A stretch of DNA of 64,000 bases from Spirochaetia bacterium (GCA_034520965.1 JAXHMY010000002.1:96001-160000); one strand, 5' to 3'; shown: positions 28,359-39,849, counted from the first letter of the stretch. Program-made: numbers and translations. Notes: a model not told the origin generated them from the sequence alone.

Positions 28359-28858
28359 TCCGTATTCTGGGGATTGACCCCGGGTTAGCACATACCGGCT
28401 GGGGACTGATCGAGGGACACAGCAGCCGGCTGCAGCATATAAAGCACGGCAGCGTGTCCACAAAGGCTCATACCGAGCACGCAGAACGGTTGCTGACAAT
28501 TTACACAGAGATACAGTGTCTCATAAAAGAGTTTTCACCCAGTTTTGTAGCCGTCGAGGCTCTCTATTTTGCAAAAAACCGCAGCAGCGGTATACCGGTG
28601 GCCGAAGCCCGAGGGGTGATTCTGCTGGCCGCCGCGACCTCCTTACTACCGGCCCGCTCTTTTACGCCCTTACAGATAAAACAGGCTTTAACCGGCAGCG
28701 GCCGAGCATCAAAACAGCAGGTTCAAGAAATGGTAAGACTTATGCTGGGGCTCTCTGCTGTTCCCACGCCGGACCACGCCGCCGACGCATTGGCAGCCGC
28801 TATTTGCGGCTATCACAACTACCAATTTGATCGAAGCGCAGATAGGGGGAGAGGATGA
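28355..28858 (+). CDS. ruvC: Holliday junction resolvase
   Basis: [22 protein letters not shown] and DHAADALA. Confidence 0.96.
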   Translation: MIRILGIDPGLAHTGWGLIEGHSSRLQHIKHGSVSTKAHTEHAERLLTIYTEIQCLIKEFSPSFVAVEALYFAKNRSSGIPVAEARGVILLAAATSLLPARSFTPLQIKQALTGSGRASKQQVQEMVRLMLGLSAVPTPDHAADALAAAICGYHNYQFDRSADRGRG

Positions 28859-29451
28859 TTCATAGTTTATACGGACGGATAAGTGGACAAAACGGACGTT
28901 TTCTCTACCTGCGCCAGGGCGGTATAGAATGGTCAATCGAGGTAAGTCTCCAATCGCTGGAAGATCTAGTAGCCCAGGATGAGGAGGTGCGGGTGTTTAC
29001 CCATCTGCACCACCGAGAGGACCACATGCAGCTGTACGGCTTTTCTACCGAAGACGAGCGGGATCTTTTTCTTGAGATTATCAAGGTATCCGGAATCGGG
29101 CCTAAACAGGCCCTGCGTATGCTCTCCGGTTTACGCCCTCAGGAGTTCATCGACGCCATTGATAATGACCGGGTCGACCGCCTCTCCCAGCTTCCCGGGG
29201 TCGGTAAAAAAACTGCCGGCAAAATTATTCTGTCCCTGCGAGGAAAAATCCTTACCGAAAAACAAGACCAGGCGGCGGATCGGCATCCTGAGCTGGTGAA
29301 CGCCCTGACCGATATGGGATTTGACCGTAAACGGGCAGGGCAAGCGCTGCAGGAGGTTGCCAAAAGCATGGATTCTGATACACTTTCAGACAGCGAACAG
29401 GAGCATGAGCTTTTTAGAAGGGCAATTGTCTACTTAAGCGGCTCAAGTTAA
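28855..29451 (+). CDS. ruvA: Holliday junction branch migration protein
   Basis: LYGF, VSGIGPKQAL and PGVGKKTA. Confidence 0.96.
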   Translation: MIHSLYGRISGQNGRFLYLRQGGIEWSIEVSLQSLEDLVAQDEEVRVFTHLHHREDHMQLYGFSTEDERDLFLEIIKVSGIGPKQALRMLSGLRPQEFIDAIDNDRVDRLSQLPGVGKKTAGKIILSLRGKILTEKQDQAADRHPELVNALTDMGFDRKRAGQALQEVAKSMDSDTLSDSEQEHELFRRAIVYLSGSS

Positions 29452-29503
29452 GTAGCTCAAGTAAGGCCTTTCAAGGGGAAACTTTCACAGGGAAACAGGC
29501 AGC

Positions 29504-30529
29504 ATGGATAACACACAATACTTAGACGGTTCATTCGACAGCCAGGAAGATTCTCAGGAACAGCTGCTGCGGCCCCACTATCTGCGCGATTTTCAGGGAC
29601 AGGAAGCGCTAAAGGAAAATTTGGGAGTGTTTATCACTGCCGCCCGTGAACGAGGAGAAAGCCTGGACCATGTTTTTTTAAGCGGCCCTCCGGGCCTTGG
29701 AAAGACCACTCTGGCCGGGATTATGGCCAACGAAATGGGGGCGGACTTTAAGGTAACCTCCGCGCCTGCCCTGGAGAAACCGAAAGATATGGCCGGCATC
29801 CTGACCACTATGACCGAAAATTCCGTGTTTTTTATCGATGAAATTCATCGTCTTAAACCGGCCCTGGAAGAGATGCTCTACATAGCCATGGAGGATTATG
29901 AAATCGACTGGGTAGTCGGCCAAGGTCCATCCGCCCGTACCATGCGCATTCCGATTCCCGAATTTACACTGATAGGAGCGACTACCAAAGCCGGACAGGT
30001 GGCGGGGCCGCTTTACAGCCGCTTTGGTATCTCCGTACGGATGGACTTTTATACTCCCGAAGATATCGCCCGAATTATCCGCAGAACCGCCTCCATCCTT
30101 CACGTTGATATTCAAGAAGGTTCCATCGAGCAGCTGGCCGGCAGCTCCCGGGGTACCCCGCGGGTTGCCAACCGACTGCTGCGCAGAATGCGTGACTATG
30201 CCCAGGTGTTAGCCAACGGTAAAATTGACTCCCAGGTAGTAACGGAGGGGTTGAAACGCCTTGAAATTGACCACTTCGGTTTGGAGAAACACGACCGGGA
30301 GATACTGCGCACTATTATCCAAAACTACCACGGCGGGCCGGTGGGTGCCGAAACCCTTGCAATTTCTGTGGGAGAAGCAATCGAATCATTAGAGGACTTT
30401 TACGAGCCTTACCTGATTCAGCGCGGTTTTTTGCAACGAACCCCCCGAGGCCGTATGGTCACCGATTTAGCCTATTCCCATCTCAATTTGCACAAGAGGA
30501 ACAATGAAGACCAAGACCTTCTCTTTTGA
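29504..30529 (+). CDS. ruvB: Holliday junction helicase
   Basis: [25 protein letters not shown] and RTPRGR. Confidence 0.97.
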   Translation: MDNTQYLDGSFDSQEDSQEQLLRPHYLRDFQGQEALKENLGVFITAARERGESLDHVFLSGPPGLGKTTLAGIMANEMGADFKVTSAPALEKPKDMAGILTTMTENSVFFIDEIHRLKPALEEMLYIAMEDYEIDWVVGQGPSARTMRIPIPEFTLIGATTKAGQVAGPLYSRFGISVRMDFYTPEDIARIIRRTASILHVDIQEGSIEQLAGSSRGTPRVANRLLRRMRDYAQVLANGKIDSQVVTEGLKRLEIDHFGLEKHDREILRTIIQNYHGGPVGAETLAISVGEAIESLEDFYEPYLIQRGFLQRTPRGRMVTDLAYSHLNLHKRNNEDQDLLF

Positions 30530-31520
30530 GCTGCCGGAGGAGCTGATTGCACAACACCCGGCGGAAAAACGGGGCAGCAGTCGTTTGATGCGGGTACAGC
30601 GCAAAACTAAAACTATTAGTCATCACAATGTACAAGAACTTCCTGAACTACTGCCGGAGAATGCCTTATTGGTCATGAATAACTCCCGGGTCCGGAAGGC
30701 GCGCATATACGGAATTACCGAACACGGTGGAAAGGTCGAGTTTTTGTTAATTGAACCACGCGGTTCAGGTAAATGGAAGGCGATGGTCTCCAAAGCAAAA
30801 AAACAGAAACCCGGACGTAGCTATCATTTTCCGGGAGAAGTACGTGCGCAGATCATAGATGTTGAGGATGAGTTTAGAATCATGGAGTTCTCGCCGGAAA
30901 TAGACGATGAGTATCTGGACCTTTACGGCCATATGCCTCTGCCGCCGTATATCCACAGGACAGATACCTCAGAAGACAGCAACCGCTATCAAACCGTCTA
31001 TGCAAGTGAAACCGGCTCGGTGGCAGCTCCTACCGCCGGACTGCACCTTACCGATCACATACTCCAGCAATTAGCCGCAAAGGGAATCGAGCAGGCCCAT
31101 GTTACCCTGCATGTGGGAATCGGCACTTTCCTGCCGATACGCACCGAAGAGGTAGAGGCTCATAAAATGCATAGCGAAGTATATACGATTCCCCGGGAAA
31201 CCGCCGAGTTGGTAAACCGGGCTAAACAGGACGGGCGCCCCGTGTGTGCAGTGGGAACAACTTCGGTTCGAACCCTCGAATCGGCCTGGAAAGACGGAGC
31301 CCTCGAGTCCGGAGATGGAAGCACTGAACTGTTCATTTATCCGGGTTATCAATTCAAAGTCGTGGATCAGATGCTGACAAATTTCCATACACCCGAGTCG
31401 AGCCTATTAGTAATGGTGTCGGCCTTTGCGGGGACTCAGTTTATGGAGCGAGCTTATGCGGAGGCCATCCAGGAGAGGTACCGATTTTTTTCCTACGGCG
31501 ATGCAATGCTGATTCAGTAG
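30504..31520 (+). CDS. queA: S-adenosylmethionine:tRNA ribosyltransferase-isomerase
   Basis: [29 protein letters not shown] and [10 protein letters not shown]. Confidence 0.97.
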   Translation: MKTKTFSFELPEELIAQHPAEKRGSSRLMRVQRKTKTISHHNVQELPELLPENALLVMNNSRVRKARIYGITEHGGKVEFLLIEPRGSGKWKAMVSKAKKQKPGRSYHFPGEVRAQIIDVEDEFRIMEFSPEIDDEYLDLYGHMPLPPYIHRTDTSEDSNRYQTVYASETGSVAAPTAGLHLTDHILQQLAAKGIEQAHVTLHVGIGTFLPIRTEEVEAHKMHSEVYTIPRETAELVNRAKQDGRPVCAVGTTSVRTLESAWKDGALESGDGSTELFIYPGYQFKVVDQMLTNFHTPESSLLVMVSAFAGTQFMERAYAEAIQERYRFFSYGDAMLIQ

Positions 31521-32158
31521 GTATTCTCATCCATAGCTTCAAAATCAAGCCGCACCTTGCTCAAACGTTGTAAATCCTTGTGGATAATCTCCTGATAATC
31601 CAGGTCGCCGGAACTGATGCGGAAGCGCTCGTCCTCCCAGGCCTGAACTTCCTCCAGATGTATATAGGGCATTTTCTCCAGCTGAGCCCACCAAAGCAGC
31701 GCTTCTTCCCAGTAGTGCAGGGCTGTTTCATAATAGTGTTCGGCAATTTCCAGGCTTTCCAAATTTTGATCTTTCCAGGGCTGGTTGTAAAAGTAGGCGA
31801 CCCGTTTATCATATTCGGAACCCCATAAACGGTACTGTTTTACCATTTCCAGATTCACGTGCATTTTAAATAATGAACGGTACCGGCTCCACTCTTGCTG
31901 GTCGTCGATGGTCGCCATTGCATTGAGAGGGTTTACAAAGGGCCGTTTCAAGGCACGCTCCAGATACCAGATGTTTTCCTTAAAATCTTCAGGGTATTGA
32001 TAAAAGTTCTGGTGGTAGAGCTTATAGTACTGCTCGGCGTAGTACAAATTGTAGGCATTTCCATTGTGCGGCTGTATAAACGTACCTGCCAACAGAAAAA
32101 AAGCACACAGAGCAATGAGATATTTACGTTGGAAAAAATTGTTGAAGCATCCTGACAT
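31514..32158 (-). CDS. Hypothetical exported helical protein
   Basis: Signal-peptide-like N-terminus and Tyr/Trp-rich body; directly follows tmk. Confidence 0.7.
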   Translation of the reverse strand: MSGCFNNFFQRKYLIALCAFFLLAGTFIQPHNGNAYNLYYAEQYYKLYHQNFYQYPEDFKENIWYLERALKRPFVNPLNAMATIDDQQEWSRYRSLFKMHVNLEMVKQYRLWGSEYDKRVAYFYNQPWKDQNLESLEIAEHYYETALHYWEEALLWWAQLEKMPYIHLEEVQAWEDERFRISSGDLDYQEIIHKDLQRLSKVRLDFEAMDENTY

Positions 32159-32162
32159 TACT

Positions 32163-32804
32163 CTAATTATCGGAAGGAGAAAGCCGTTTCCATACCAATT
32201 CTTCCAACTCTTCCACCGGCAGTGTGCCGTCGAATATATGAATATTCATTGAAGTGTGTTCAAAAAGGGTAAATGTGTGAAAGTAGTTGGAGCGTATCTC
32301 ATCCTGCAGTTCCATCCGCTCGTAAATTTCCTGGGTAGTGTTCCGCTGCACAACCCGCCGATACCCCTCATCCGGCGGGACGTCGAGAAACACAAGGTCC
32401 TGGGGCAGCGGAAAGTAACGGTTCAATTCCCACACCGCATCAAAGTTCCAATCTACCGACTGGTAGGCCAGCGATGAGAACAGATAACGATCGCAGATAA
32501 CTTTAGTACCTTGCTCAAGCTGTGCCAGAATTCCTTCCTCGGAATGGTAAATATGGTTGTGTCTATCCGCAGCGAATAGCTTGGCAAGAGTTCCTTCTGC
32601 AACTACTTGATCGTGTTGTAAAACCTGTCGCACAGCCTTGCCTATAAAGCTTTCAGTGGGTTCACAAGTATATCTGCTGTGGACTCCCATTTTTTCAAAC
32701 TTTTGCTGTAACAAACGGCATTGTGTAGTTGTTCCTGAACCATCAAGCCCTTCAAGAACAATGAAATTTGATAAAACTTCAAAATGCGGTAACTCGGTTT
32801 TCAT
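32163..32804 (-). CDS. tmk: Thymidylate kinase
   Basis: EGLDGSGTTTQ, EP, LFAADR and CDRYLFSSLAYQ. Confidence 0.93.
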   Translation of the reverse strand: MKTELPHFEVLSNFIVLEGLDGSGTTTQCRLLQQKFEKMGVHSRYTCEPTESFIGKAVRQVLQHDQVVAEGTLAKLFAADRHNHIYHSEEGILAQLEQGTKVICDRYLFSSLAYQSVDWNFDAVWELNRYFPLPQDLVFLDVPPDEGYRRVVQRNTTQEIYERMELQDEIRSNYFHTFTLFEHTSMNIHIFDGTLPVEELEELVWKRLSPSDN

Positions 32805-32939
32805 AATTACAAGTTATACTAATGAAATTATATCTCTTTGTCATCTTTTATTGCAAAAAATGGTATTTTTAATGTAGATTTAAAATGCTTGACTAAACTA
32901 TTGATAAACTATTGATGTGGCTGAAGCGAGGTGATTTAA

Positions 32940-35900
32940 CTGAAACTGCATATACGGACTATCAAGCCGTTGCCTACACTTATTTTTCTACTGCTGCTCA
33001 TACTGACTGTGATAGTTCTGCTGCCTGTTCAATCTGAAATTGATTCGTACATGAGTGCGTTAAAGCAGGATGCAATTGCTTCACTGGAGAAAACCCTCAA
33101 CCGCTCAATCAGTTATGAAAGCATATCACCGTCTCTGCTTCTCTATCTTGAGGTGAGGGGTGTCGTAATAGAAACCTTCACACCGGAGGGCCCTAAAAAT
33201 GTCGATATAGGAAAAATTAGGGTGCACTACGATTTCTGGTCCATGGTTAAGGGTGAAATGTTTTCCGCGGTAACAGAAATCAGGCTCATCAATTCAAGCT
33301 TTTCAATAGATCAAGTCAATGATAAAGGTTTAATACAAAGAATTACAACACTATTAGGCCTGGCTGAAGAACAAGAGGATGTTGTCATAGACCTCCCCGA
33401 CCGCCTAAAAATCAGTGGCCATAATATAAACATCAGCTATCGAAATCCTGAAATTTCACTGTTTGTTTCAAACCTTTCCTTCGACCTTTCCAGTCGGGAT
33501 ACCCTTCTTCAGTTGGAGGCCCATGGGAAATCCATGGCCGAGTTTACCCGCGAGATTCCTGTCGGAGTCAGCAGCTTGAGATCAGCCGAGAGTGATTTTA
33601 AGATAAACAGCCGCTATTCTACCGAGAAAGGGCAAACTTTATCCCAATTGTCCCTCGATAATTTTACCTCGAACTTGTTGGACTTCAGCAGTCTTACTTT
33701 AGAGGTCGACACAAATGAGCAGAAAGTTAGTATCCGCAAAATTGAGGACCGCTCCCCCTGGGATTTTAAGATCGATTACCTGCCGAATACCGAAAGTATC
33801 CAGATAGAGTTTGCCGCAATAGAATTCTCTCCTATACAAAACATTAAGCCCCGGGGCGACCTCTTTCCCTATTCAGCCTGGCTGAACTCCGTTGTAAGTG
33901 GTACAGCCCATTTAAACTACAATTTTGCAGCTCAAAGCATACATTACCGCAGTCAGATAGAGATAAACGCCGACAACGAGTTTCTGCCGTTTCCCGTCTA
34001 CATGAGCACCAAGGTCAGCGGTAGCAACAATTTTGCAGTGTTTGATCATTTATCATTGAGATCCTCACACATAGATGCGGATTACCGGGGAACCGTGCAA
34101 TTTGAAAGGCCCTTTGCTACCGGCTATATCAATATTCAAAAACTTGCTTTGGGGAAGAGAACTCTACAGGGAAATGCATCGATTGAAGGGACTCGCGAAG
34201 AGTTTTTTATCAAATCATCCTCGGTGGCTGTAGATTCAATAGAAATCAAAGACATTCTTATAAACGGGACTTTAGATTCTGAGGAAGTAGATTTTGAAGT
34301 TTCTGCAGGGCACCATTTACAGGAACCTGATGATGATCAGGAGAGACAGAATATTAGAATAGATGGTACGTATGTGTTCACAAAGAACCCTTTTCTTGAA
34401 CTCTCCATGTCAACTGATAATGTGTCAACTGAAGCGATGTTACAAGAGTTTGTACCTGAACAAATAAAACAATCTGTGCTCAATACACCTCTCTTTTTAA
34501 CTACAGAGGCGTATTTAACCACCAATTTTAAGCGTTTTTCATTTTCTGTGCTGCCGCTCATAGTAAACAACTCGGATGGAGAGGAGCTAGCCCGCGGATC
34601 CATAAATGGGAATAATGAACGCTTAAGAATAGAAAATGCGACTTTAAACCTTGACAGGTATAATATTGGCGGAGATATCGAACTTACCAAACAAACCGAT
34701 GTTACCTACAATTTCAAAAGCTCCGTTTCTGTTAATTCGGTCAACTATGATTTCCGAGGGAGGCTGCACCAGGGAAATACCCTGGTAGTTCGAGGAAACT
34801 ACGGGGTGTATTTAGGCCTGGTGATGCAATCAAAATTTACGGCCGTTTCCTTGAAAATGGACAGGATTCCACTGCCTCTAGGTGATAAAGGGGTATCCGA
34901 ACTAACTTTTAACGGAAGAGGAGTGTACCGCTCAGAAGATAATTGGAATATACAAGTAAAAGAGTTGCATATGCGTGACTTACCTCAACTGCCGGAGGAT
35001 AACCAGCTTGTCCTTTCCGGCAGTATGCGCCCGGGACTATTCCAAGTGAATACACTACAGTATTCCGATGGTATATCAGTTCTCAATGGAAATATCGATA
35101 TCGACTATCAATCATTAGAACCGTTTAAGGGTGATGTATTGTTGAACTTATCAAATGAAAATGAAATGGAAATGTACCGGCTGGTTGCCCGCCGAAATCA
35201 GACGGGACTTCAGTCAAATCTGCAGGTAGAGGCTGCCCCACTGTCCAGGTTTCGTGAGCTTCCTATAAAGGGAATGCTGTCAGGCAGTGTAGATATAAGC
35301 GGAACACTTCAGAAGCCTCAAGTCGACTTTTCTATGAACCTTGATGACGGAGAATTTCGTAACGGACCACTGCTTCTGGAGACGGCCGGGCGCTATAATG
35401 AAGAGATGCTGGACCTGAGCTATGTCCACGCTGAATACCGTTCACATCTGCTTCAAAGAACCAAAGCCAATTTTGATTTTAATTCTGGAGATTTCGCTTT
35501 ACAGGGTGAATACCGCAGTATTTTCTCCCGTAAAAGAGCCTCTGCACATATTAAGCTTACTGGGAACGCGGGGGATATACAACACCCTCTTGAGTTTCAA
35601 AAAATCGGCTCTACCGATGTATCAGCTGAGCTTGCTATTGAACAAATCGAACTGCTTGGTGAGCAGAGAGACAGCTGGTATTTTCAGGCTCTACGCAAAG
35701 ACGGTACTCTACGCTTCAGCGGCGGCCCTGAGGATGCGGTAGAAGGAGTATTCGAAGAAAGCGGAGCATATCAACTCTCCCTCTCAGAACCTCTGCCGGT
35801 TCAATTTAACGGAAGCGGAAACTTGTCGGAGGAAGATTTTCTTACTAAAATCAATGATATTTATATCGATGCGAACCTGATAGGAATGTTTGGAGTAGAT

Positions 35901-37277
35901 GCTATAGATTTTAACTCCGGCTTTCTCACTGGAGACCTTCTGATAGACGGAGCTATAAACGACCCAGAATTCAACGGTGCCCTCGAACTGCAGGGATTAA
36001 GCGGAAACGTGAAGTTTGTTGCAGAGCCAATCGATGCGTTCAGTACTAGGATTGATTTTGAGGGCAAAGAAGCTACCGTTCAGCCGGTGAGAGTAAGTAC
36101 TGGAGGCCGGCAAGCCCAGCTAATTGGCAGTTTTGAGTTCGACCGCTGGACACCCATCAATATTAGAGTAGAGGTTGAAACCCTGCATCCCGAAGGGGTT
36201 CATGTTATCTACAAGGAGGCGGCCTCCGGTCTTAGCGTTGACGCCTATGCCCTGGGTACCTTTATTTTTCAACAGGGTATCGACAACAACCTCATTCAAG
36301 GTAACCTTACCGCCCGCAATAGTGTGATTACCCTAGAGGATAAACAAACTGTTGATATAAGACCTACAACCCCTTTGGTTGTCGATCTGAGCATCAAAAC
36401 CGGAAGAAGGGTGGAGTTTCTGTGGCCCCGCAAAAATCTACCGATTTTACAGGCTTTTGCAGAACCTGACCAAACAGTTAATATATATTTTGAAAGCCTT
36501 ACCAATACCTTCCGACTTACCGGAGAAGTAAACATGCAGGGGGGCGAACTGTATTATTTTCAGCGCAGCTTTTACATAAAAGAGGGAATGATAGCTTTCA
36601 ATGAAGATAAAAACAATTTCGATCCGCTATTGAACGTAGAGGCGGAGATTAAAGAGATAGACAACAGTGGGCGCCCGGTTACCATCTCTTTGATCGTCGA
36701 TAATGAGCCATTAAGCACTTTCACCCCCCGATTTGTGTCGCAACCGGCATTGAGTACTGTTGAAATTGCGAATATACTGGGAGCAAATCTGTACACCCAG
36801 TTTTCTGGAACTCAGACAGATCTGACTTCCGCTTTGTTGTTGACTGGTGATATTTTTAGTCAGTTTAGTGTGGTAAGAACCTTTGAACAACAAGTGAAAG
36901 ATGCGTTTAACTTGGATCTTTTTTCTTTAAGAACCCAAATGGTTCAAAACATAATACTCGAGCGAGTTCTGAATCAGAATATTACCCAGGACCCGGAAGA
37001 AAATGTAACCTTGGGTAGGTACCTTGACAATACTACCCTGTTCTTGGGAAAGTATCTGGGAAATGATCTGTTTTTTGAAACTTTGCTCCAAATACAGCAG
37101 GATCCGATTTCAACAGGAGATTTTCAGGGGGATGAGTTAAACTTTACCATGGAAGTTGGGTTAGAATGGAATACGCCTCTTTTCTTACTTAACTTATCTA
37201 TACGCCCTGATTTTGTGGAACCGCTCAATAGCATCGAAAATACAAGTGTGGGCTTATCATGGGATTACTCATACTAA
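32940..37277 (+). CDS. tamB: Translocation/assembly module TamB-like (AsmA family) protein
   Basis: N-terminal TM anchor, long beta-rich body and DUF490-like C-terminus (FDPLLNVEAE, GKYLGNDLF); directly upstream of bamA. The SD points to CTG 32940, while the ORF track uses TTG 32970. Confidence 0.85.
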   Translation: MKLHIRTIKPLPTLIFLLLLILTVIVLLPVQSEIDSYMSALKQDAIASLEKTLNRSISYESISPSLLLYLEVRGVVIETFTPEGPKNVDIGKIRVHYDFWSMVKGEMFSAVTEIRLINSSFSIDQVNDKGLIQRITTLLGLAEEQEDVVIDLPDRLKISGHNINISYRNPEISLFVSNLSFDLSSRDTLLQLEAHGKSMAEFTREIPVGVSSLRSAESDFKINSRYSTEKGQTLSQLSLDNFTSNLLDFSSLTLEVDTNEQKVSIRKIEDRSPWDFKIDYLPNTESIQIEFAAIEFSPIQNIKPRGDLFPYSAWLNSVVSGTAHLNYNFAAQSIHYRSQIEINADNEFLPFPVYMSTKVSGSNNFAVFDHLSLRSSHIDADYRGTVQFERPFATGYINIQKLALGKRTLQGNASIEGTREEFFIKSSSVAVDSIEIKDILINGTLDSEEVDFEVSAGHHLQEPDDDQERQNIRIDGTYVFTKNPFLELSMSTDNVSTEAMLQEFVPEQIKQSVLNTPLFLTTEAYLTTNFKRFSFSVLPLIVNNSDGEELARGSINGNNERLRIENATLNLDRYNIGGDIELTKQTDVTYNFKSSVSVNSVNYDFRGRLHQGNTLVVRGNYGVYLGLVMQSKFTAVSLKMDRIPLPLGDKGVSELTFNGRGVYRSEDNWNIQVKELHMRDLPQLPEDNQLVLSGSMRPGLFQVNTLQYSDGISVLNGNIDIDYQSLEPFKGDVLLNLSNENEMEMYRLVARRNQTGLQSNLQVEAAPLSRFRELPIKGMLSGSVDISGTLQKPQVDFSMNLDDGEFRNGPLLLETAGRYNEEMLDLSYVHAEYRSHLLQRTKANFDFNSGDFALQGEYRSIFSRKRASAHIKLTGNAGDIQHPLEFQKIGSTDVSAELAIEQIELLGEQRDSWYFQALRKDGTLRFSGGPEDAVEGVFEESGAYQLSLSEPLPVQFNGSGNLSEEDFLTKINDIYIDANLIGMFGVDAIDFNSGFLTGDLLIDGAINDPEFNGALELQGLSGNVKFVAEPIDAFSTRIDFEGKEATVQPVRVSTGGRQAQLIGSFEFDRWTPINIRVEVETLHPEGVHVIYKEAASGLSVDAYALGTFIFQQGIDNNLIQGNLTARNSVITLEDKQTVDIRPTTPLVVDLSIKTGRRVEFLWPRKNLPILQAFAEPDQTVNIYFESLTNTFRLTGEVNMQGGELYYFQRSFYIKEGMIAFNEDKNNFDPLLNVEAEIKEIDNSGRPVTISLIVDNEPLSTFTPRFVSQPALSTVEIANILGANLYTQFSGTQTDLTSALLLTGDIFSQFSVVRTFEQQVKDAFNLDLFSLRTQMVQNIILERVLNQNITQDPEENVTLGRYLDNTTLFLGKYLGNDLFFETLLQIQQDPISTGDFQGDELNFTMEVGLEWNTPLFLLNLSIRPDFVEPLNSIENTSVGLSWDYSY

Positions 37278-37299
37278 TATATTTAACGAGGGAGATTAT

Positions 37300-39837
37300 A
37301 TGCGCAAAGGCTGCTTAGCAATCATACTTTTTACCAGCATTCTGTTTGGTCTTACCGCCCAGGAGGACCAGGCCTGGTATATAGACAAGCCGATAACCGA
37401 TATCCAATTTCAAGGCCTACAGCATGTGGACCAAAACGAGCTGGACCCCATTGTAAAACCGTTTATCGGTAGGAACTTTTCCGACAGCCTGTTTATGGAC
37501 CTTCAGAGCAAGTTGTATGCCCTCAATTATTTTTCCAGGATACGAGCTGAGGCAGAAGCACTGACTTCGGCACGGGAAGAAGTTGTGTTGATTTTTACGG
37601 TGGAAGAGCGACCGATAATTGATGAGATTGTGATTAACGGAAACAATAATGCCCGGGATTCAGAGATTTTAGACACAATACTTCTGAAACGCGATGATAT
37701 TTTGACCAAGAACAAGCTGTCTGTAGACGAGAATGCTATTAAAGACCTGTATCTGGAGAAGGGGTTTCCAAACGTAGAAGTCTCTTCCGAGAGTGAAGTG
37801 GATGAGGAGGAGAACACCGTTAAGGTAATCTTTTCGATCGACGAGGGGTATCAAACCCGGATTCGTTCAATACGGTTCTCCGGAAACACCTTCGCCTCGG
37901 AGGACACCCTCAAAAAGCAGTTGGAAAGTAGGGAACAGTCCTTTTTTCACAGCGGAGTATTCAAACAGAACCAACTTGAACAGGATAAATCAAACATCGA
38001 GGAATATTACCGGCAACGCGGATTCATTGATGCTCAAGTGGTTGAGGTTGAACGGGAAGTAATAGACACGGAAGGAAACAGAAACTTCCTTGAATTAACT
38101 TTTTTTGTTGAAGAAGGCTCTCAATGGACCTTCGGCGGAATCAAGTTTGAAGGGAATAAACTCTTCAGCGATGAAGAGTTGTCGAACAGAGTCAGCTTAG
38201 AGGAAGGGGAGACCCTCAATCTGAATCAGCTGCAGCAAAGTTTTGCCCGCATCAGCGATATGTATTACAATGACGGCTATATCTATAACGATATCAGACG
38301 CCAGGAACAACGTAACCCGGAAAACCGAACAGTCTCTTATACCATCACTATAGTAGAGAAGGGACGGGCCCACATTGAAAATATTTTGATTAAGGGCAAC
38401 CAGAAAACCAAAGACAAGGTAATATATAGGGAACTTCCCATTGAAACCGGAGACATCTTCAGCAAAGAGAAGGTCATTTCCGGTATGCGAAATCTGTACA
38501 ACACGGGACTCTTTGCCGATGTAGCCCCGGAAACCCCATATGGAAGCGCCGAAGGTTTGATGGACCTGGTTGTCAACGTGGAAGAAGCCAAAACTACCAA
38601 CATCAACTTTGGAATTACCTTTACAGGACAGGCCGGTGAGTTTCCGGTCATCGGTTTTCTACGCTGGAACGACAACAACTTCCGAGGCCTCGGCGAACAA
38701 CTGTCTATTGGAACCGAACTCTCCGGCAACCGACAAAACCTGAACTTTAGCTATAACACCAACTGGTTGTTCGGCAGGCGGATGTCCGGGGGCATCGACT
38801 TTGATATCAAGCACACCAAGAACACCGATGTAAGGCAAGATATTCAGGATCAACGCTTTACCAAGGAGCAATACGATAACAATGAAGCAGCTCCTGATCC
38901 CTATGACACGTATCAAGAGTATCAGGATGCCTTGGAAAGCGGTGAATCGATCGATGATGCCTATTTGATGGAATACGACGAGTGGGAGTTCTCCACCGGA
39001 GTTTCAACCGGCTACAGCTGGCACCTGAATAAGGGGCGTTTGGGCACCTCAACCGGTGTTCGTACAGGCCTTTCGATTATTGACTATGACGAGGGACTCT
39101 ACCGTCCCTATAACCCGGCGGTCCGTGAAAACCTGAATCAGTGGAGGTTTAACAACCGGTGGTGGTCACGGGCCTATTGGGATACCAGAGACTTTATATT
39201 CGCTCCTTCCAAGGGATACTATTTTGGGCAGACCCTCACCTACGGCGGTGGTCTGCTGGGCGGTATAAGCCATTATATAAAAAGCCAGACCAAAGCTGAG
39301 TTTTTTCATACCCTTCTGGATGTACCGGTGCTGGACAACTGGAACCTGAAAACGGTCTTCGTTATGCACAGCTCCCTCTCGTTCATCCTTCCCCAGTTCT
39401 ACAATGACAACGGTTCATGGACACAGGGTATTGAGGCAAGCACCAGCTACCTGCTTTATACGGACGGAATGAATATTGCCCGCGGTTGGCCCCGTAAGTT
39501 TAACGGCGAGGCGATGTGGGACAACTGGCTGGAATTTCGCATTCCAATTGCAGAACAGGTATTGTGGTCCGACCTTTTCTTCCGCTCCACCGGCTTTTGG
39601 GAAGATCGATCTCAGTTCGGTCTTATTAACGAATCACCGGAAAATTACCTTTTCAGCTATGGAGCAGGAATAAGATTCACTATACCTAATTTACCTTTAG
39701 GTTTGTATATGACAAAGTTATTCAAACTCGATGATAATGGTAATGTTCTATGGCAAGGGGGGCCAATCTTCAGCGATCCGGATGATCCTGAATCAGGCTG
39801 GCGTCTGGTACTTACCATCAATATTGATCTTATGTAG
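37300..39837 (+). CDS. bamA: Outer membrane protein assembly factor
   Basis: Signal peptide, POTRA repeats (GNQKTKDKVIYRE, LYNTGLF) and NFRGLGEQL barrel start; ATG 37300 after GAGGGAG. Confidence 0.93.
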   Translation: MRKGCLAIILFTSILFGLTAQEDQAWYIDKPITDIQFQGLQHVDQNELDPIVKPFIGRNFSDSLFMDLQSKLYALNYFSRIRAEAEALTSAREEVVLIFTVEERPIIDEIVINGNNNARDSEILDTILLKRDDILTKNKLSVDENAIKDLYLEKGFPNVEVSSESEVDEEENTVKVIFSIDEGYQTRIRSIRFSGNTFASEDTLKKQLESREQSFFHSGVFKQNQLEQDKSNIEEYYRQRGFIDAQVVEVEREVIDTEGNRNFLELTFFVEEGSQWTFGGIKFEGNKLFSDEELSNRVSLEEGETLNLNQLQQSFARISDMYYNDGYIYNDIRRQEQRNPENRTVSYTITIVEKGRAHIENILIKGNQKTKDKVIYRELPIETGDIFSKEKVISGMRNLYNTGLFADVAPETPYGSAEGLMDLVVNVEEAKTTNINFGITFTGQAGEFPVIGFLRWNDNNFRGLGEQLSIGTELSGNRQNLNFSYNTNWLFGRRMSGGIDFDIKHTKNTDVRQDIQDQRFTKEQYDNNEAAPDPYDTYQEYQDALESGESIDDAYLMEYDEWEFSTGVSTGYSWHLNKGRLGTSTGVRTGLSIIDYDEGLYRPYNPAVRENLNQWRFNNRWWSRAYWDTRDFIFAPSKGYYFGQTLTYGGGLLGGISHYIKSQTKAEFFHTLLDVPVLDNWNLKTVFVMHSSLSFILPQFYNDNGSWTQGIEASTSYLLYTDGMNIARGWPRKFNGEAMWDNWLEFRIPIAEQVLWSDLFFRSTGFWEDRSQFGLINESPENYLFSYGAGIRFTIPNLPLGLYMTKLFKLDDNGNVLWQGGPIFSDPDDPESGWRLVLTINIDLM

Positions 39838-39849
39838 AAGGAGTAGAAC

